DNA of 63,885 nucleotides from Octopus bimaculoides (lineage: Eukaryota), in contig NC_068989.1 of the NCBI RefSeq assembly GCF_001194135.2, positions 3,021,161 through 3,085,045 on the forward strand, in the 5' to 3' direction. The translations under genes and the position numbers were made by a program. Under the pieces are notes generated by a model that worked only from the letters and a program-made list of their open reading frames with translations, was not told the DNA's origin and did not search any database. Each line of letters opens with the position of its first letter. The stretch's first letter is position 1. Shown here one piece after another: positions 50,701-63,381 of this stretch.

Positions 50701-51294
50701 GCTGTTACAGTTTGTATGTCTAATCCAGGTTTCCTGCTAAGAACTGCTGTTGCAATTGTTGTTCTTCCAGTTGTTGCTGTTACCATTTTCATTGATTGCA
50801 AGCAGTGCACAAGATGTGCACATTTGTGATTTCTAATTGATGCAGTTTCAGTCTCTGCTGCAACTGAAATGCAGTTCACTTCTTTTGCATCTATTGCATA
50901 TCAGCTTAACATGCATCGTTGGGCAATGGTGGTGGTGGTGGGCAGGGACGGAGGGATTTGGAGATGAAGCCTGAAGTGCTAAAAGTTGTTAGCTGTCTCC
51001 AGTGAGACTGCTATCACTAACCACCAACACTACCACCACCACCACTACAGCCATCACTGCTATCAAACGATATCCTCACACCGTCTCTACTGATATCCCT
51101 GATACAACCAATACCATCAACACCACGGATCTGTGGCTCCCCCATCACCATACACACCACCGTCTGCAACGGCTGCAATAGTTCTTTCTAATTTTGGTAG
51201 GGAAGGCCAGCAATTTAAGGGAACGAGTTAAATCAATTGACCCCAGTATTCAAATGGCACTTTATGTTATTGACCCCAGGCACTACATAAACAG

Positions 51295-51475
51295 CTCCTG
51301 TGCTGGTGCCACATAAAAAGCACCCAGTGCCACTCTGTAAAGTGGCTGGTGTTGCGAAGAGCATCCAGTTGTAGAAACCAAGCCAAAGTCAGACAAGTGG
51401 AACCTGGTGCAGCTCTTTGGCTTGTCCACCTGCTGTCAGACCATCCAGCCATGCCGTCATGGAAAACAGGCATTC
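51295..51475 (+). mobile_element. Family C element
   Basis: gtgccacataaaaagcacc...gagcatccagttgtagaaacc...catggaaaacaggcatt. Confidence 0.8.
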
Positions 51476-51581
51476 AAGGGCCAATGGGATGTGCATCACC
51501 TTGATTCTATGACCCCTTGGAATCTATGACCAGTAAAGGTAATAAAACCACGAAGATGCACATCCTGTGGGTTTTTTAATC

Positions 51582-51700
51582 ATCATCATCATCATCATCG
51601 TTTAACGTCCGCTTTCCATGCTAGCATGGGTTGGACGATTTGACTGAGAATTGGTGAACCAGATGGCTACACCAGGCTCCTGTCTGGTCTGGCAGAGCCT
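51582..51700 (-). mobile_element. Family C element 3' part
   Basis: (tca)n tcgtttaacgtccgctttccatgctagcatgggttggacg. Confidence 0.85.
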
Positions 51701-52031
51701 GGTGTAGCCATATTGTGGTTCATGTATTCACCTGATGAAAACGGTTTTTTCTAATGATGTAATGTCTCCATTAATTAATTAATTAAAAATACGTTGGAAA
51801 CTGCTGTAGTGAAGTGACACATATTTATATGTTGTTATTTATTCATTTACATACATATAATGTATGTTTTTTTCTATTTGTTAAGTAAATAGGATCACAG
51901 TTTTGTTCAAACAACTATCTAGGTTGGCTGTTATACATCAAGAGAGCGAAAAGAAAGGGTGTATTGATCATTCAGTCCTATGTGTTTTGTACCACGAAAT
52001 AAATAAAAAGTTTTACACACATAAGCACACA

Positions 52032-52070
<39 letters not shown>

Positions 52071-52616
52071 GCGCAAAGATCTAGTTATATGTCAGAATGT
52101 ATTTAGATACAAAAATGTATATAAACATACACACACACCTATATAGTTATATACAAACATTTAGTTTCATACACGTATTTACATATATATATATATACAT
52201 GGACATAGAGATAGGAATTGATCGTGGTTATATTCTATACAAACACACACAATACATACTAAATCCATGAAACTTGGTAGAAACGCATAGTGTCAATAAA
52301 ACACTCTTAAAAGTCAGGAATCTGTTGGAAATATAAGTTCAATAAATTGAATACTTACCAAAAATTCTTGCAAAATTAAATTTCATGTTAAATATTTCAA
52401 AATAAACCAATTTGTACTTACCTAAAAATGAAAAGAAAAAAAACCATGATGAATATAAAGAAAATATGATAAATATAATTAATATTACAGACTGGTAATT
52501 AATGTGCTTTGAAATCAAAATCAAAATTAAACAACCAAATGTGCAAAGGATTTGTAGACACCATTGTAGTGGCTTAACGTGTTTCTGAGAGAGTTCTTTA
52601 AGTTTCTTCATTATAG

Positions 52617-52659
52617 AAGCCAGATGCGCTTCAGTGAATTCCATGTTATGATTAGAATG
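52617..52659 (+). other. Candidate internal exon, 43 nt (SQMRFSEFHVMIRM)
   Basis: Acceptor gtttcttcattatag|, consensus donor ATG|gtaagt; one open frame. Confidence 0.2.
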
Positions 52660-52839
52660 GTAAGTATGGGAGGCTGGAGCCATATCTTGTGTAGTCCAAA
52701 ATATTAATCAAAATGTTCCATAATAAATATATGGTGGCTGCAGATGAAAATGCTAATTGAATGCTTTGATCTTTCTGTAGCTATACATATGTGTGTATGT
52801 ATGTGTGTGTGTATACACATACACACACAGACATATATA

Positions 52840-52950
52840 TTGGGTCATCCCATAAATAATGCGTTTTTTTTCTCAATTACATGAACTAAAAGTCAGATGG
52901 GGATGGGATAAACTACCTGCATCAACTTGCTATGAAAGCAGGTAGCAATT
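52840..52950. mobile_element. Possible Tc1/mariner terminal fragment
   Basis: TA|ttgggtcatcccataaataatgcg resembles mariner TIR starts; no partner end found. Confidence 0.4.
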
Positions 52951-52959
52951 TTACCTTGT

Positions 52960-53291
52960 CCTTTGGAGATATGCTGTGCTTGGGAAGACTTGTTGAATCA
53001 TGTGAAACCATAGTCATGGCCGATACCAGTGCCGCCTGACTGGCCCTTGTGCCAGTGGCACATAAACATCACCGATGCCAGTGTTGCCTGACTTGCACCC
53101 ATGCTGATGGCACATAAAAAGCACCTACTACACTCTCGGAATGGTTGGCGTTAAGAAGGGCATCCGGTTGTAGAAACCTTGCCAGATCAGATTGGAGCCT
53201 GGTGCAACCTCCTGGCTTGTCAGTCCCCAGTCAAACCATCCAACACATGCCAGCATGGAAAGCAGACGTTAAGTGACGATGATGATGATGA

Positions 53292-53292
<1 letters not shown>
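52960..53292 (+). mobile_element. Family C element with duplicated 5' module
   Basis: Two gtgccagtggcacataaa-like modules, then the shared core and (gat)n tail. Confidence 0.88.
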
Positions 53293-53333
<41 letters not shown>

Positions 53334-53848
53334 CATACAATCACTCATATACATAAATGTATGAGTGGGTAGGTGTGTGTGTGTGTGTGAGTGTGAAGTT
53401 AGTAAGATTATGTAACATGATGAGAGCATGGTACAGATATGGGAAGCCAGGAAGAAGTTGCAAGAGATGAGAAGAGATGCGAGAGATGATGGGAATGAAA
53501 AGAGGAGAGATTTTATGAAGGTGACTGTACTGAAACTCGTTAAGAATGTGCACGTGTATATGCTTGTGTGTGTGTGTGAGGGAGAGAGAAACGAAGGGAG
53601 GCTGTTAAGAAATGAAAACATTAAAGATAAAAGTTAGAGAGCAAACCGAGATTCTAATATTGTCAAATTTGACAGGTGAACTACCTTCGTGTCATGTTTA
53701 CGTGAGCATTGCATTGTTTTGTGTGTGTGCACGTGTGTGTGTGTGTGCATTGTTTTGTGTGTGTGTAGAAGGGCTTATAATTTTGTATATTTATTTCTAT
53801 ACATACATATTTGTAAGCTGGCATACTTATGTCTATATTATGTAATCA

Positions 53849-53929
<81 letters not shown>

Positions 53930-53951
53930 AATGCAGAAAATGTACATATAT

Positions 53952-54250
53952 CATCATCATCATCATCGTTTAATGTCTGTTTTCTATGCTGGCATGGGTT
54001 GCATGGTTCGACTGGGGTCTGGGAAGCCACGCGGCTGCACTAGGCTCCAATCTGATCTGGCAATATTTCTACAACTGGATGCCCTTCCTAATGCCAACTA
54101 CTCCGAGAATGTGGTGGGTGCTTTTTACGTGCCACCTGCACAGGGGCCAGAGGGGGCTGGCAACAAAGCACTCGGTTGGTGCTTTTTAGGTGCCACCAGC
54201 ACGGAAGACAGTCAAGGTGGCACTGGCATCGGATGGTGCTTTTTACCATC
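53952..54250 (-). mobile_element. Family C element with three ggtgcttttta.gtgccacc-like modules
   Basis: Inverted relative to the 52960-53292 copy. Confidence 0.88.
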
Positions 54251-54254
54251 AACA

Positions 54255-54714
54255 CCAGCAATGTCCTCCAATGATTCTCATACACAAGCTGAGGAATTTT
54301 CTCCCCATTTCCAGGGGCTGACACTTGTGGAAGGTCTCCCAGATTGCTCATCGTATTCCAAGGATGTTCTTCCACTTTTGAAGCACCCGTGCCACTTGAA
54401 CCATTGCCTATAACTCATTGCCTTGTTGCTGTAAGCTTGTCAAAACCATGCTCAAGGTTTCTGTGGCAGACTTCCCAAGTTGAATGCAAAATTTCACTTT
54501 GGCTCTTTGTTCCTGTCTGTGACAAAATCACAGACTACAACATACACATTATCACGAAAACACAAATTTCACAACTTGCAAAGTAAACTCAGCAATGTCA
54601 CTCAGCACGATGCCTCATGAAGGTCACTACTAGCTCTCACTGCGCATGCAACCGTGTGCTGCCATCTGTTGGCACGCTCCAGCACTAGTCCAGGAACCTT
54701 TTGATACCACCTTG
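54255..54714 (-). mobile_element. mariner 5' fragment: TIR plus N-terminal HTH region of transposase
   Basis: TA|caaggtggtatcaaaaggttcctggact, then EQRAKVKFCIQLGKSATETLSM..QAY...AMS..Q.FKWH.CFKSGRTSLEYDEQSGRPSTS...EKI.QLVYEN. Confidence 0.9.
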
Positions 54715-55501
54715 TATTCTACTTTGATGTCAGAAGTGAAAATTAAGAGCTTGCAGCAAGAAAAAAAATAAATAAATAAAACACTGTCTACCTGGCTGAC
54801 AAATTTTAATCCTAATTCACAGATGAATAGTTAGAAATTGGAAATATACCAAGACAAAGTCATTTGGTTGACATATCCTGTTCGTACTTCACAGAGAAAT
54901 GGTTGCAAAAGAAAGATACCGATTCTTAACTGTTTGATATTTTCTTTGGCAATATTTCACTGAAAACATTTCTTAAGTAAAAGACATTTGTACATAAAAT
55001 GTCATTCTGCAGGATTCCCATCATTTCTTAAACAATTCCAGTAAAAGAGTTCTGATGTGGTCGTTTGACACACTAGAAGTAGTAACCAAATCACCTGATA
55101 TTACACTCTAACACCCTGAAATGGGAAGGACACATTGTGTAATGTTGTTTAACATATATGGTGCCTAAAGCGAAGGGTATGTGATCAAAAAAAAAAAAAG
55201 CTTAGTTAGAAGTTGTCTTGGGGTTTCACACTAAGAACATTGAACCAAGGAAGCTTCTTTGTGGTCACTCAATCTGGTAGAAAGAGCAGTCAAACCTCTC
55301 TCAACTCATGCCTGGGCCTCACTGAGGAAATGACAAGGGGCCAGGAGTTGTGGGGATTTACTTCTTACTTGAGAAGACGTGTCAAGCTAAGTAAAATGGC
55401 TGTCATCCATATCTACAGGTTTGTCCTTTACAGGTGCCGGTGCCACATAAAATGAACCCGTGCCGGTGCTGCATAAATGCACCCGTGCCAGTGGCACAAT
55501 A

Positions 55502-55566
<65 letters not shown>

Positions 55567-56719
55567 GGTGATGATTGAACAAGCGAGCTCCTGGGTATAC
55601 TGTGCTTTTTTTTATCATTATAAATCTGTTGGACCAGGGCTGACCTAGGGCTAAACAACAACAGCAACATTGATAGACCAACAACGCTACACGTCCACCA
55701 TCACCACAAAGAAATAAGCAACAAGTCCAGCTGGAGCAGCGTGAAATAGAATAGGGGGAAAAAAATGGATGCAGCAGAGAAAAACGTAAGAGTATTGATA
55801 ACACTTTCACCATCATCATCATCATCATCATCATCGGTATAATCTCCATCATCATCATCATCATCAACAACAACAACAACATCTGCGGCAGCAGCGGCAG
55901 CAGCAGCAGCAGCAGCGATAATAGGATATAAATCATCAGAATCACNNNNNNNNNNNNNNNNNNNNNNNNNNNNNNNNNNNNNNNNNNNNNNNNNNNNNNN
56001 NNNNNNNNNNNNNNNNNNNNNNNNNNNNNNNNNNNNNNNNNNNNNNNNNNNNNNNNNNNNNNNNNNNNNNNNNNNNNNNNNNNNNNNNNNNNNNNNNNNN
56101 NNNNNNNNNNNNNNNNNNNNNNNNNNNNNNNNNNNNNNNNNNNNNNNNNNNNNNNNNNNNNNNNNNNNNNNNNNNNNNNNNNNNNNNNNNNNNNNNNNNN
56201 NNNNNNNNNNNNNNNNNNNNNNNNNNNNNNNNNNNNNNNNNNNNNNNNNNNNNNNNNNNNNNNNNNNNNNNNNNNNNNNNNNNNNNNNNNNNNNNNNNNN
56301 NNNNNNNNNNNNNNNNNNNNNNNNNNNNNNNNNNNNNNNNNNNNNNNNNNNNNNNNNNNNNNNNNNNNNNNNNNNNNNNNNNNNNNNNNNNNNNNNNNNN
56401 NNNNNNNNNNNNNNNNNNNNNNNNNNNNNNNNNNNNNNNNNNNNNNNNNNNNNNNNNNNNNNNNNNNNNNNNNNNNNNNNNNNNNNNNNNNNNNNNNNNN
56501 NNNNNNNNNNNNNNNNNNNNNNNNNNNNNNNNNNNNNNNNNNNNNNNNNNNNNNNNNNNNNNNNNNNNNNNNNNNNNNNNNNNNNNNNNNNNNNNNNNNN
56601 NNNNNNNNNNNNNNNNNNNNNNNNNNNNNNNNNNNNNNNNNNNNNNNNNNNNNNNNNNNNNNNNNNNNNNNNNNNNNNNNNNNNNNNNNNNNNNNNNNNN
56701 NNNNNNNNNNNNNNNNNNN

Positions 56720-56788
<69 letters not shown>

Positions 56789-57654
56789 TGTATGTATATA
56801 TAAAAATATATGTGTGTGTGTGTGTGTGTGCTTGTCTGGTGTTGGTGTGTTTACATCTCTGTAACTTAGCAGTTAGGCAAAAGAGAGTGATAAAATAAAT
56901 ACCAGGCTTAGAACAGAATAAACGTTGGGATCGATTCATTTGGCTAAAATTCCTTCAAGGAGGTGCTCCAGCATGGCTGTGGTCTTATGATTTAAACAGA
57001 TGAAGAAGAAAAAGACGAAAGACAACCACCACCACCAACAACACCACCACAACAAAAAACAACTGCAACATCATCAGTTACTATTCGCCCAACCACCACC
57101 ACCACCATGTGCTAATGATGGAGGCTCTACATGGTCAGTTGAGCAATTAGAAATAGCAGCCAAATCACCCTTAATTCACATCTTCACAATCTCAGAAAGG
57201 GAAGGAACCCATCAAATACTGTGATCCTAGTTGGGTTCCTTGCAAAAATGAGAAAACAAGATAGGATGGTCATGAATGGAATGCTTTTGATCATGGGTCT
57301 CCACTAAACAGGATTAGTTGACTCGGGGTTAAGCACTAATAACATCTCCTCCTCCTACTCCCCCAGGCATCAACAACCGCCTCCACCACCATCATCCCCA
57401 TCCTCCATCAAATATGAGTTGTTGAAATTTTCTCTAATCTCTGCCCCTCCTTCGCCACCCCTGCCCTACACCTCACCCCCTCTCTTTCACTTTGTGGTCC
57501 CCCCCCCCCCCGGTGCCAATGAACTTCTGCAATGGAGATAAGAATAGACAGGATTCCGTAAGGTTAAGTAATAGGAAACCAAAAGTGGATGGAAAGGCAA
57601 CTGAGTGACTGAGATGGGAGAGTGCCAGAGAAAATGGTTTGCAGTACATTCTCC

Positions 57655-57830
57655 ATGGCCAAGTGGTTTGCTGTGTTCGGCTCACGATCATGAAGTTGTG
57701 AGTTCAATATCCAGCAGTGTGTTATGTTCTTGAGCAAGACACTTTATTTCACATTGCTCCAGTCCACTCAGCCAGCAACAATGGATTGTACCTGTAATTA
57801 CAAAGGGTCAGCTCTGTCACATTTTTTATC
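57655..57830 (+). mobile_element. SINE family D, first of two direct copies
   Basis: gtggtttgctgtgttcggctcacgatc...gtgagttcaatatcc...attgctccagtccactcagcc. Confidence 0.85.
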
Positions 57831-57991
57831 AAGCTGCTTTAAGGGTATGCATGTCTGTGGAATACTCAGCCACTTGCACATTAATTTCATAAGCAAGCTG
57901 TTCTGTATTTATTGGATTAACTATTAACTAGATACATGTCGTCATAACCGACACAGTGCTAGTGTGTGTGTGTGTGTGAGTGTGTATGTGT

Positions 57992-58175
57992 GTGACTTAG
58001 TGGTTTGACTGTTCAACTCACGATTGTAAGGTTGTGAGTTCAATACCCAGTGGTGTATTGTGTTCTTGAGCAAGGCACTTTATTCCACATTGCTCCAGTC
58101 TACTCAGCCAACAAAAATGAGTAGTACGTGTAATGCAAAGGGGGCCAGCCTTCTCACATTCTATGTCATGCTGAA
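57992..58175 (+). mobile_element. SINE family D, second copy
   Basis: Same orientation and motifs as the 57655 copy. Confidence 0.85.
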
Positions 58176-58380
58176 TCTTCGTGATGGATGCCCTTCCTGT
58201 CATCAACCCTTACTTGTTTCCAAGGGAAAATGACATTCGCCCATGACTGGAAATAAAGGAAGCCCGTGACCCTCGTTTACAATCATCATGAGATGCTGAG
58301 AGAAGACACTCCATCCGCATCGAGTTTCACATTGGTCAGCTCAGGGCTGGAGTGAAAGACACGAGCCCAAGGTGCAGCAA

Positions 58381-58449
<69 letters not shown>

Positions 58450-59382
58450 GGACATGAAGGAATAGGGATAGGATGAGCTTGTATAAAGATTGAGAAATCA
58501 ACCTTAATATCCTTTGTGTTTTGTGTGTGTTTATATTTCTATGTCTGTATGTGTGTGTGTGTGTGTGTGTGTTCGTGTATATCTGTCTATTTGTCTGTGT
58601 GTGTGTGTGTGTGTGTGATTGTATCTGAATGTGTGTGGTTGTATTCTTCTCTAAATTAATCTTTCTTATAATCTTAAACTCTCTTATTAATTGTGTATTT
58701 ACAAGATTTGGGAATGAAACGGCGAACAACACTAATTCTAATAACAATAATACAAAATCATCACCAACATCATCATCATCACCACCACCACCACCATCAT
58801 CATCATGATCACCACCAAATTTACTACCACCACCACCACCACCACTGTCATTATGATTATTATTATCATCATCATTATTATTATTATGAGAGCAAGACGA
58901 AGAAAAATGATGATGATGAGGAGGAGGAGGAGGAGGAGGAGGAGACAAAAGAAAGTCTGCTTTTCTATTTGTCTGTCTCTCTCTGAATTGTTGAGTCTCG
59001 ATGATCAATAATATTGATTTCCCAGTCAAGAGGAAAGGCAGGGCATCTCCCNNNNNNNNNNNNNNNNNNNNNNNNNNNNNNNNNNNNNNNNNNNNNNNNN
59101 NNNNNNNNNNNNNNNNNNNNNNNNNNNNNNNNNNNNNNNNNNNNNNNNNNNNNNNNNNNNNNNNNNNNNNNNNNNNNNNNNNNNNNNNNNNNNNNNNNNN
59201 NNNNNNNNNNNNNNNNNNNNNNNNNNNNNNNNNNNNNNNNNNNNNNNNNNNNNNNNNNNNNNNNNNNNNNNNNNNNNNNNNNNNNNNNNNNNNNNNNNNN
59301 NNNNNNNNNNNNTATATACATATACATATTTATACATATATATATATATGTATACACACAGACACAGACACACAGACAGATG

Positions 59383-59414
<32 letters not shown>

Positions 59415-61099
59415 TATACATTCATGTATATTCATAGAGGACGATGATGAGAATGAGAGAGTGTGTGAGGGAGAAGAGTTAAGTGTGGAAAACTTTGTAC
59501 ATTCATGCAATACCACCACCACCACCACCACTGGTGTTGACCTCATTAGAAGCATCTCTCTCTCTCTCTCTCCCTCTCTCTCTCTCTCCCTCTCTCTCTC
59601 TCTCCCTCTCTCCCTCTCTCTCTCTTTCTCTCTGTGTATATCTTTCTTTTCTCTCATCAACGTGAAAAAAAAAAATGAATAACTAAAACCATTGTTATGT
59701 TCTAACGTTGTACTACAACAATCTATTAATGCAATGCACATTTGCGTTGCACTGCACTGCACTGTCTTATTTTGCATCACCTCACATGGCACCTACAATA
59801 TTTATGTATTTTACTTCAATGCATTGGAAATGCTGCTTTCATTTGATTTTGTTGTAGTTAATTACAGTTAAGCTTTGAGTTCAATTCCTGCTAAGATCAC
59901 ATTTGCTTTCCATCCTTCCGGAGTCAATAATATAAAATATTAGTCTAAGAACTGGTCTCCATGATGCCCAATAACCCCATCCCTTAAACAATACTGAAAT
60001 TGTCCCTAATCAGAAGCCCTTATTATTATTGTTATTTACAGAAGTGCTCCCTTCCAGTGAATTTGTCAAAAATTGAGTAACTGTGGGAGAAATGGTTTGG
60101 GTGAAAGGACCTACTTCTAAGCATGTGCCTGTAGATTGGAAGGCAACAGTTGGTTGAGGGTTCATGCCTTTGGTAGTAAGGATGATCCTGGATCTGTGGG
60201 GTTCCTTGACTGGCCCCTAGTTGGGGGCTCTCCTGCATCATTCATGCGATCACATACTTTGTCTGGTTACATAGACTTTTGTCTCATTTCATTCTGCTTT
60301 CCCTACCCTAACCCTCCTTTTTTATGTCAAACCTTCACACAAATTGTAAACCCTCCTTGTAATGTCACCCTTACCTGATGCTCCTCTGGCAAATAAATCC
60401 CTCCTCCTCCTCCTCATCTTCCACGCCATCATCATCATGATCATGATCTTGATCATCATCATCATCATCATTCAGAATCATTTGAGCATTGGATAGAATG
60501 CCTTAGGATATTTCTTTCAGTTCTTTAAGGTCTGAGTTCAAATCCCACCTACGCCTACTTTGCCTTTTATTCCCCATCAGGGTCGGTAGCATAAAATTAC
60601 TAGTCAAATATTGGCAGCAATGATATCAACTCATTCCCCTTAAAATTGCTGGCCTTGTGCTTAAATCAGAAACAATCATTTTCAGTCCATAATTAGTAGT
60701 GCAAAGTAGTGAAGCAAAACAAATGAACTTTTGGTTGGGTCACATATATTTGTGACAGATTTTATCTCCTAAAGGTAATTTCACTACAGGTAATCAGGTA
60801 AAACAGGTAACAACCGACCAAGATTCACCAAACAATTTTTTTTTGTTGGTTGACTAAAGTTTACATCCCTTCAACCATTTGGGTCTCACTTCCCTTCGGT
60901 GTGTTATAGAGGGACAGAAATCAGTGTCTTGCAGCCGAAGAGATAAAGGGCTTAACTCAGAGAAAAAAAAAGGGGGGGGGGAGGAGAAAAAGTTGACTGC
61001 AGACTTTGATTTTCCTTTATTTACTTAATTTCTTCATCATCATCATCATCACCATCACCATCACCATCACCATCACCATCATCATCATCACCATCATCA

Positions 61100-61305
61100 T
61101 CATCACCATCATCATCATCATCGTTTAATGTCTACCTTCCATGCTAGCATAGGTGAGATGGTTTCACAAGAATCGGCCAAGCAGAAGCCTGCACCAGACT
61201 TCTGTGACTGTTTTTGGCAGGATTTTTACAGCTGGATTCTCTTCCTAAAACCAACCACTCAGCAGAGTGGACTGAGTGCATTCTACATGGCACAAGCACA
61301 GGCGA
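61100..61305 (-). mobile_element. Family C element, degenerate
   Basis: (tca)n tcgtttaatgtctaccttccatgctagcat...gagtgcattctacatggcac. Confidence 0.75.
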
Positions 61306-61349
61306 GGTCATTATTTATGCATTTGTTTGTTTTGTAAAGCTTGGTTTAA

Positions 61350-61573
61350 TCCTTGGAACTCCAACCTGCCAGGGACTGCCCTGGGTTCTATGATACAAAC
61401 TTTGTCCTTTAAAATCATTGGAATTAAAACTCGCCACCCAAATTTCGTGCTAATATATGTTCCAAACATCAGGTTAATAACGACAAAGTTGTTTTATTAA
61501 ATTCTTTCTTTTTTTTCAAAATTAATTGAAACACAAACAATTTATTTTTAACAGAAGCATTCTAACAAAGGGA
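61350..61573. mobile_element. piggyBac-type MITE, 224 bp, degenerate TIRs
   Basis: TTAA|tccttggaactccaac ... ctaacaaaggga|TTAA; TTAA at 61346-61349 and 61574-61577. Confidence 0.5.
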
Positions 61574-62108
61574 TTAAAATGGTAAAGTTCTCTTCACCCC
61601 CTGCTGTGTCTCTGCATTGTACCAAGAAGGAAATGAAAGACACAAATATGTTTATTGTTTATTTTATGAAATGTTCCAACACTTTTTATCTGCTGCTTCA
61701 CAAACAAATAGAATAACAGGTTGACAGACACAAAGGAACCAAAATTATTGCACAAGGCAACATTCAGAATGTTCTGTTTTATCATTGGTTTTACAATGTT
61801 ATTCCATTCTGGCAGGAATTGAATGGAATCAGAATAGAGTATCTTCATTCTTGTGCCTTGTCTTTCGTGAGAAAGTGGATGGGTAGGTTTATGGATACAG
61901 GAATAGCTTCTTTTTATCAAAAACCAGTGCAGCAAAACATGCCATATGTGCATATCATGACAAGAGAAGTATAGACGTTATTGGTGCAGACTTGGAGTCT
62001 ATTTCATCCCATATCAGCTCAAACCAAACTACTGCGTTGAGTCAAAAGTTTTGCAATATTTTGGTAACTGATTTGTTTTATTCATCAATTTACAACAGAA
62101 GTAGCCTC

Positions 62109-62237
62109 GCATTCAAAGTAGAGGCCATCATATGACACTGTCTGAAGCAACCTTTCTTCCAGGTCTTTGATCCCACATGAAGACCAGTTGTTGTCCTTCA
62201 AGATGAAGAACTCCTTAACTGAAGCTTTCTCTTGCGA
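62109..62237 (-). mobile_element. mariner transposase extreme C-terminal relic
   Basis: SQEKASVKEFFILKDNNWSSCGIKDLEERLLQTVSYDGLYFE resembles the mariner FF..K...FY..GI..L.ERW..V...G.YF terminus; cut off by a SINE. Confidence 0.65.
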
Positions 62238-62239
62238 CC

Positions 62240-62460
62240 TTGGCAGAAACGTTAGCACGCCAGGCGAAATGCTTAGTAGTATTTCGTCTGTCTTTACGTT
62301 CTGAGTTCAAATTTTGCCGAGGTCGACTGCCTTTCATCCTTTCGGAGTCGATAAATTAAGAACCAGTTGTGTACTGGGGTCGATGTAATCGACTTAATCC
62401 TTTTGTCTGTCCTTGTTTGTCCCCTCTATGTTTAGCCCCTTGTGAGCAATAAAGAAATAT
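62240..62460 (+). mobile_element. SINE family A, young copy with variant tail
   Basis: ggcagaaacgttagcacgccaggcgaaatgcttag...gccgaggtcgactgcctttcatcctttcggagtcgataaattaag. Confidence 0.92.
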
Positions 62461-62739
62461 GAAGCTTTCTGTTGGTTGATGAAGCTAATGATGATGATGT
62501 TGATGATGATGATGTTGATGATGATGATGTTGATGATGAGGATGATGATGATGACGATGACGACGATGATGATGATTATGCAAGATTGATGGCCTGACTT
62601 TAATCTCTGGAGCACTAATAAAATGTGGGTGTAAAGCTTATTTATATGTTTACTTTTTTGGTGGTGGTGGTGGTTACGGTAGAGTACGGGGGGGGGGGCT
62701 GTTTTTGTATGTTTTCCACATTTTAAATTGTTTGATCCT

Positions 62740-62798
62740 TAACAACAACAGCAACAACAACCACAAACACCATAGCAACATCAACAACAACACTCAGC

Positions 62799-62838
<40 letters not shown>

Positions 62839-62863
62839 TAATAATAATAATAATAATAATAAC

Positions 62864-62898
<35 letters not shown>

Positions 62899-62939
62899 TA
62901 ATAATAACGATGATGATGATGATGATGATGACAATAATG

Positions 62940-62973
<34 letters not shown>

Positions 62974-63010
62974 CCAGCACCATGACGACAATGACAAGAA
63001 GAAGAAGAAG
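62740..63010. repeat. (AAC)n/(AAT)n/(GAT)n trinucleotide tract
   Basis: Read directly from sequence; source of the poly-N/I/L ORFs. Confidence 0.95.
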
Positions 63011-63381
63011 AATCTTATTTAAACCTAATTGAAAACATTTCAACAACAAGTGGTCATTGAATGCGCAGAAGGCTGCCGTCCATCATTCGGTTCTTACAAT
63101 TGTTAGGAAATATTTTTAGACAAGCATTTTGTGTTGCCCACAAATGGTAAGGTCAATGATGGTAGTAGTTGAATACAGAACAATACCGCAGCAACAACAA
63201 CAATACCAACTATGATTGCTGCAACAACAACAACAACAACAACAACAACAGCAAAAGGAAGAATTTAAAATAACCTCCTACTTCTCTGACAATATTTGTA
63301 AAAGTTCTTAGCATTGAAACTTAATGGCCAACATTTACAATAATAACAACAACAATAATAATAAATACTTTGTGCCATGTA

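Noticed and set aside
61594-61953. 119-aa minus-strand ORF in unique sequence
   Set aside because: No recognisable motif or splice support, and it lies between transposon relics.
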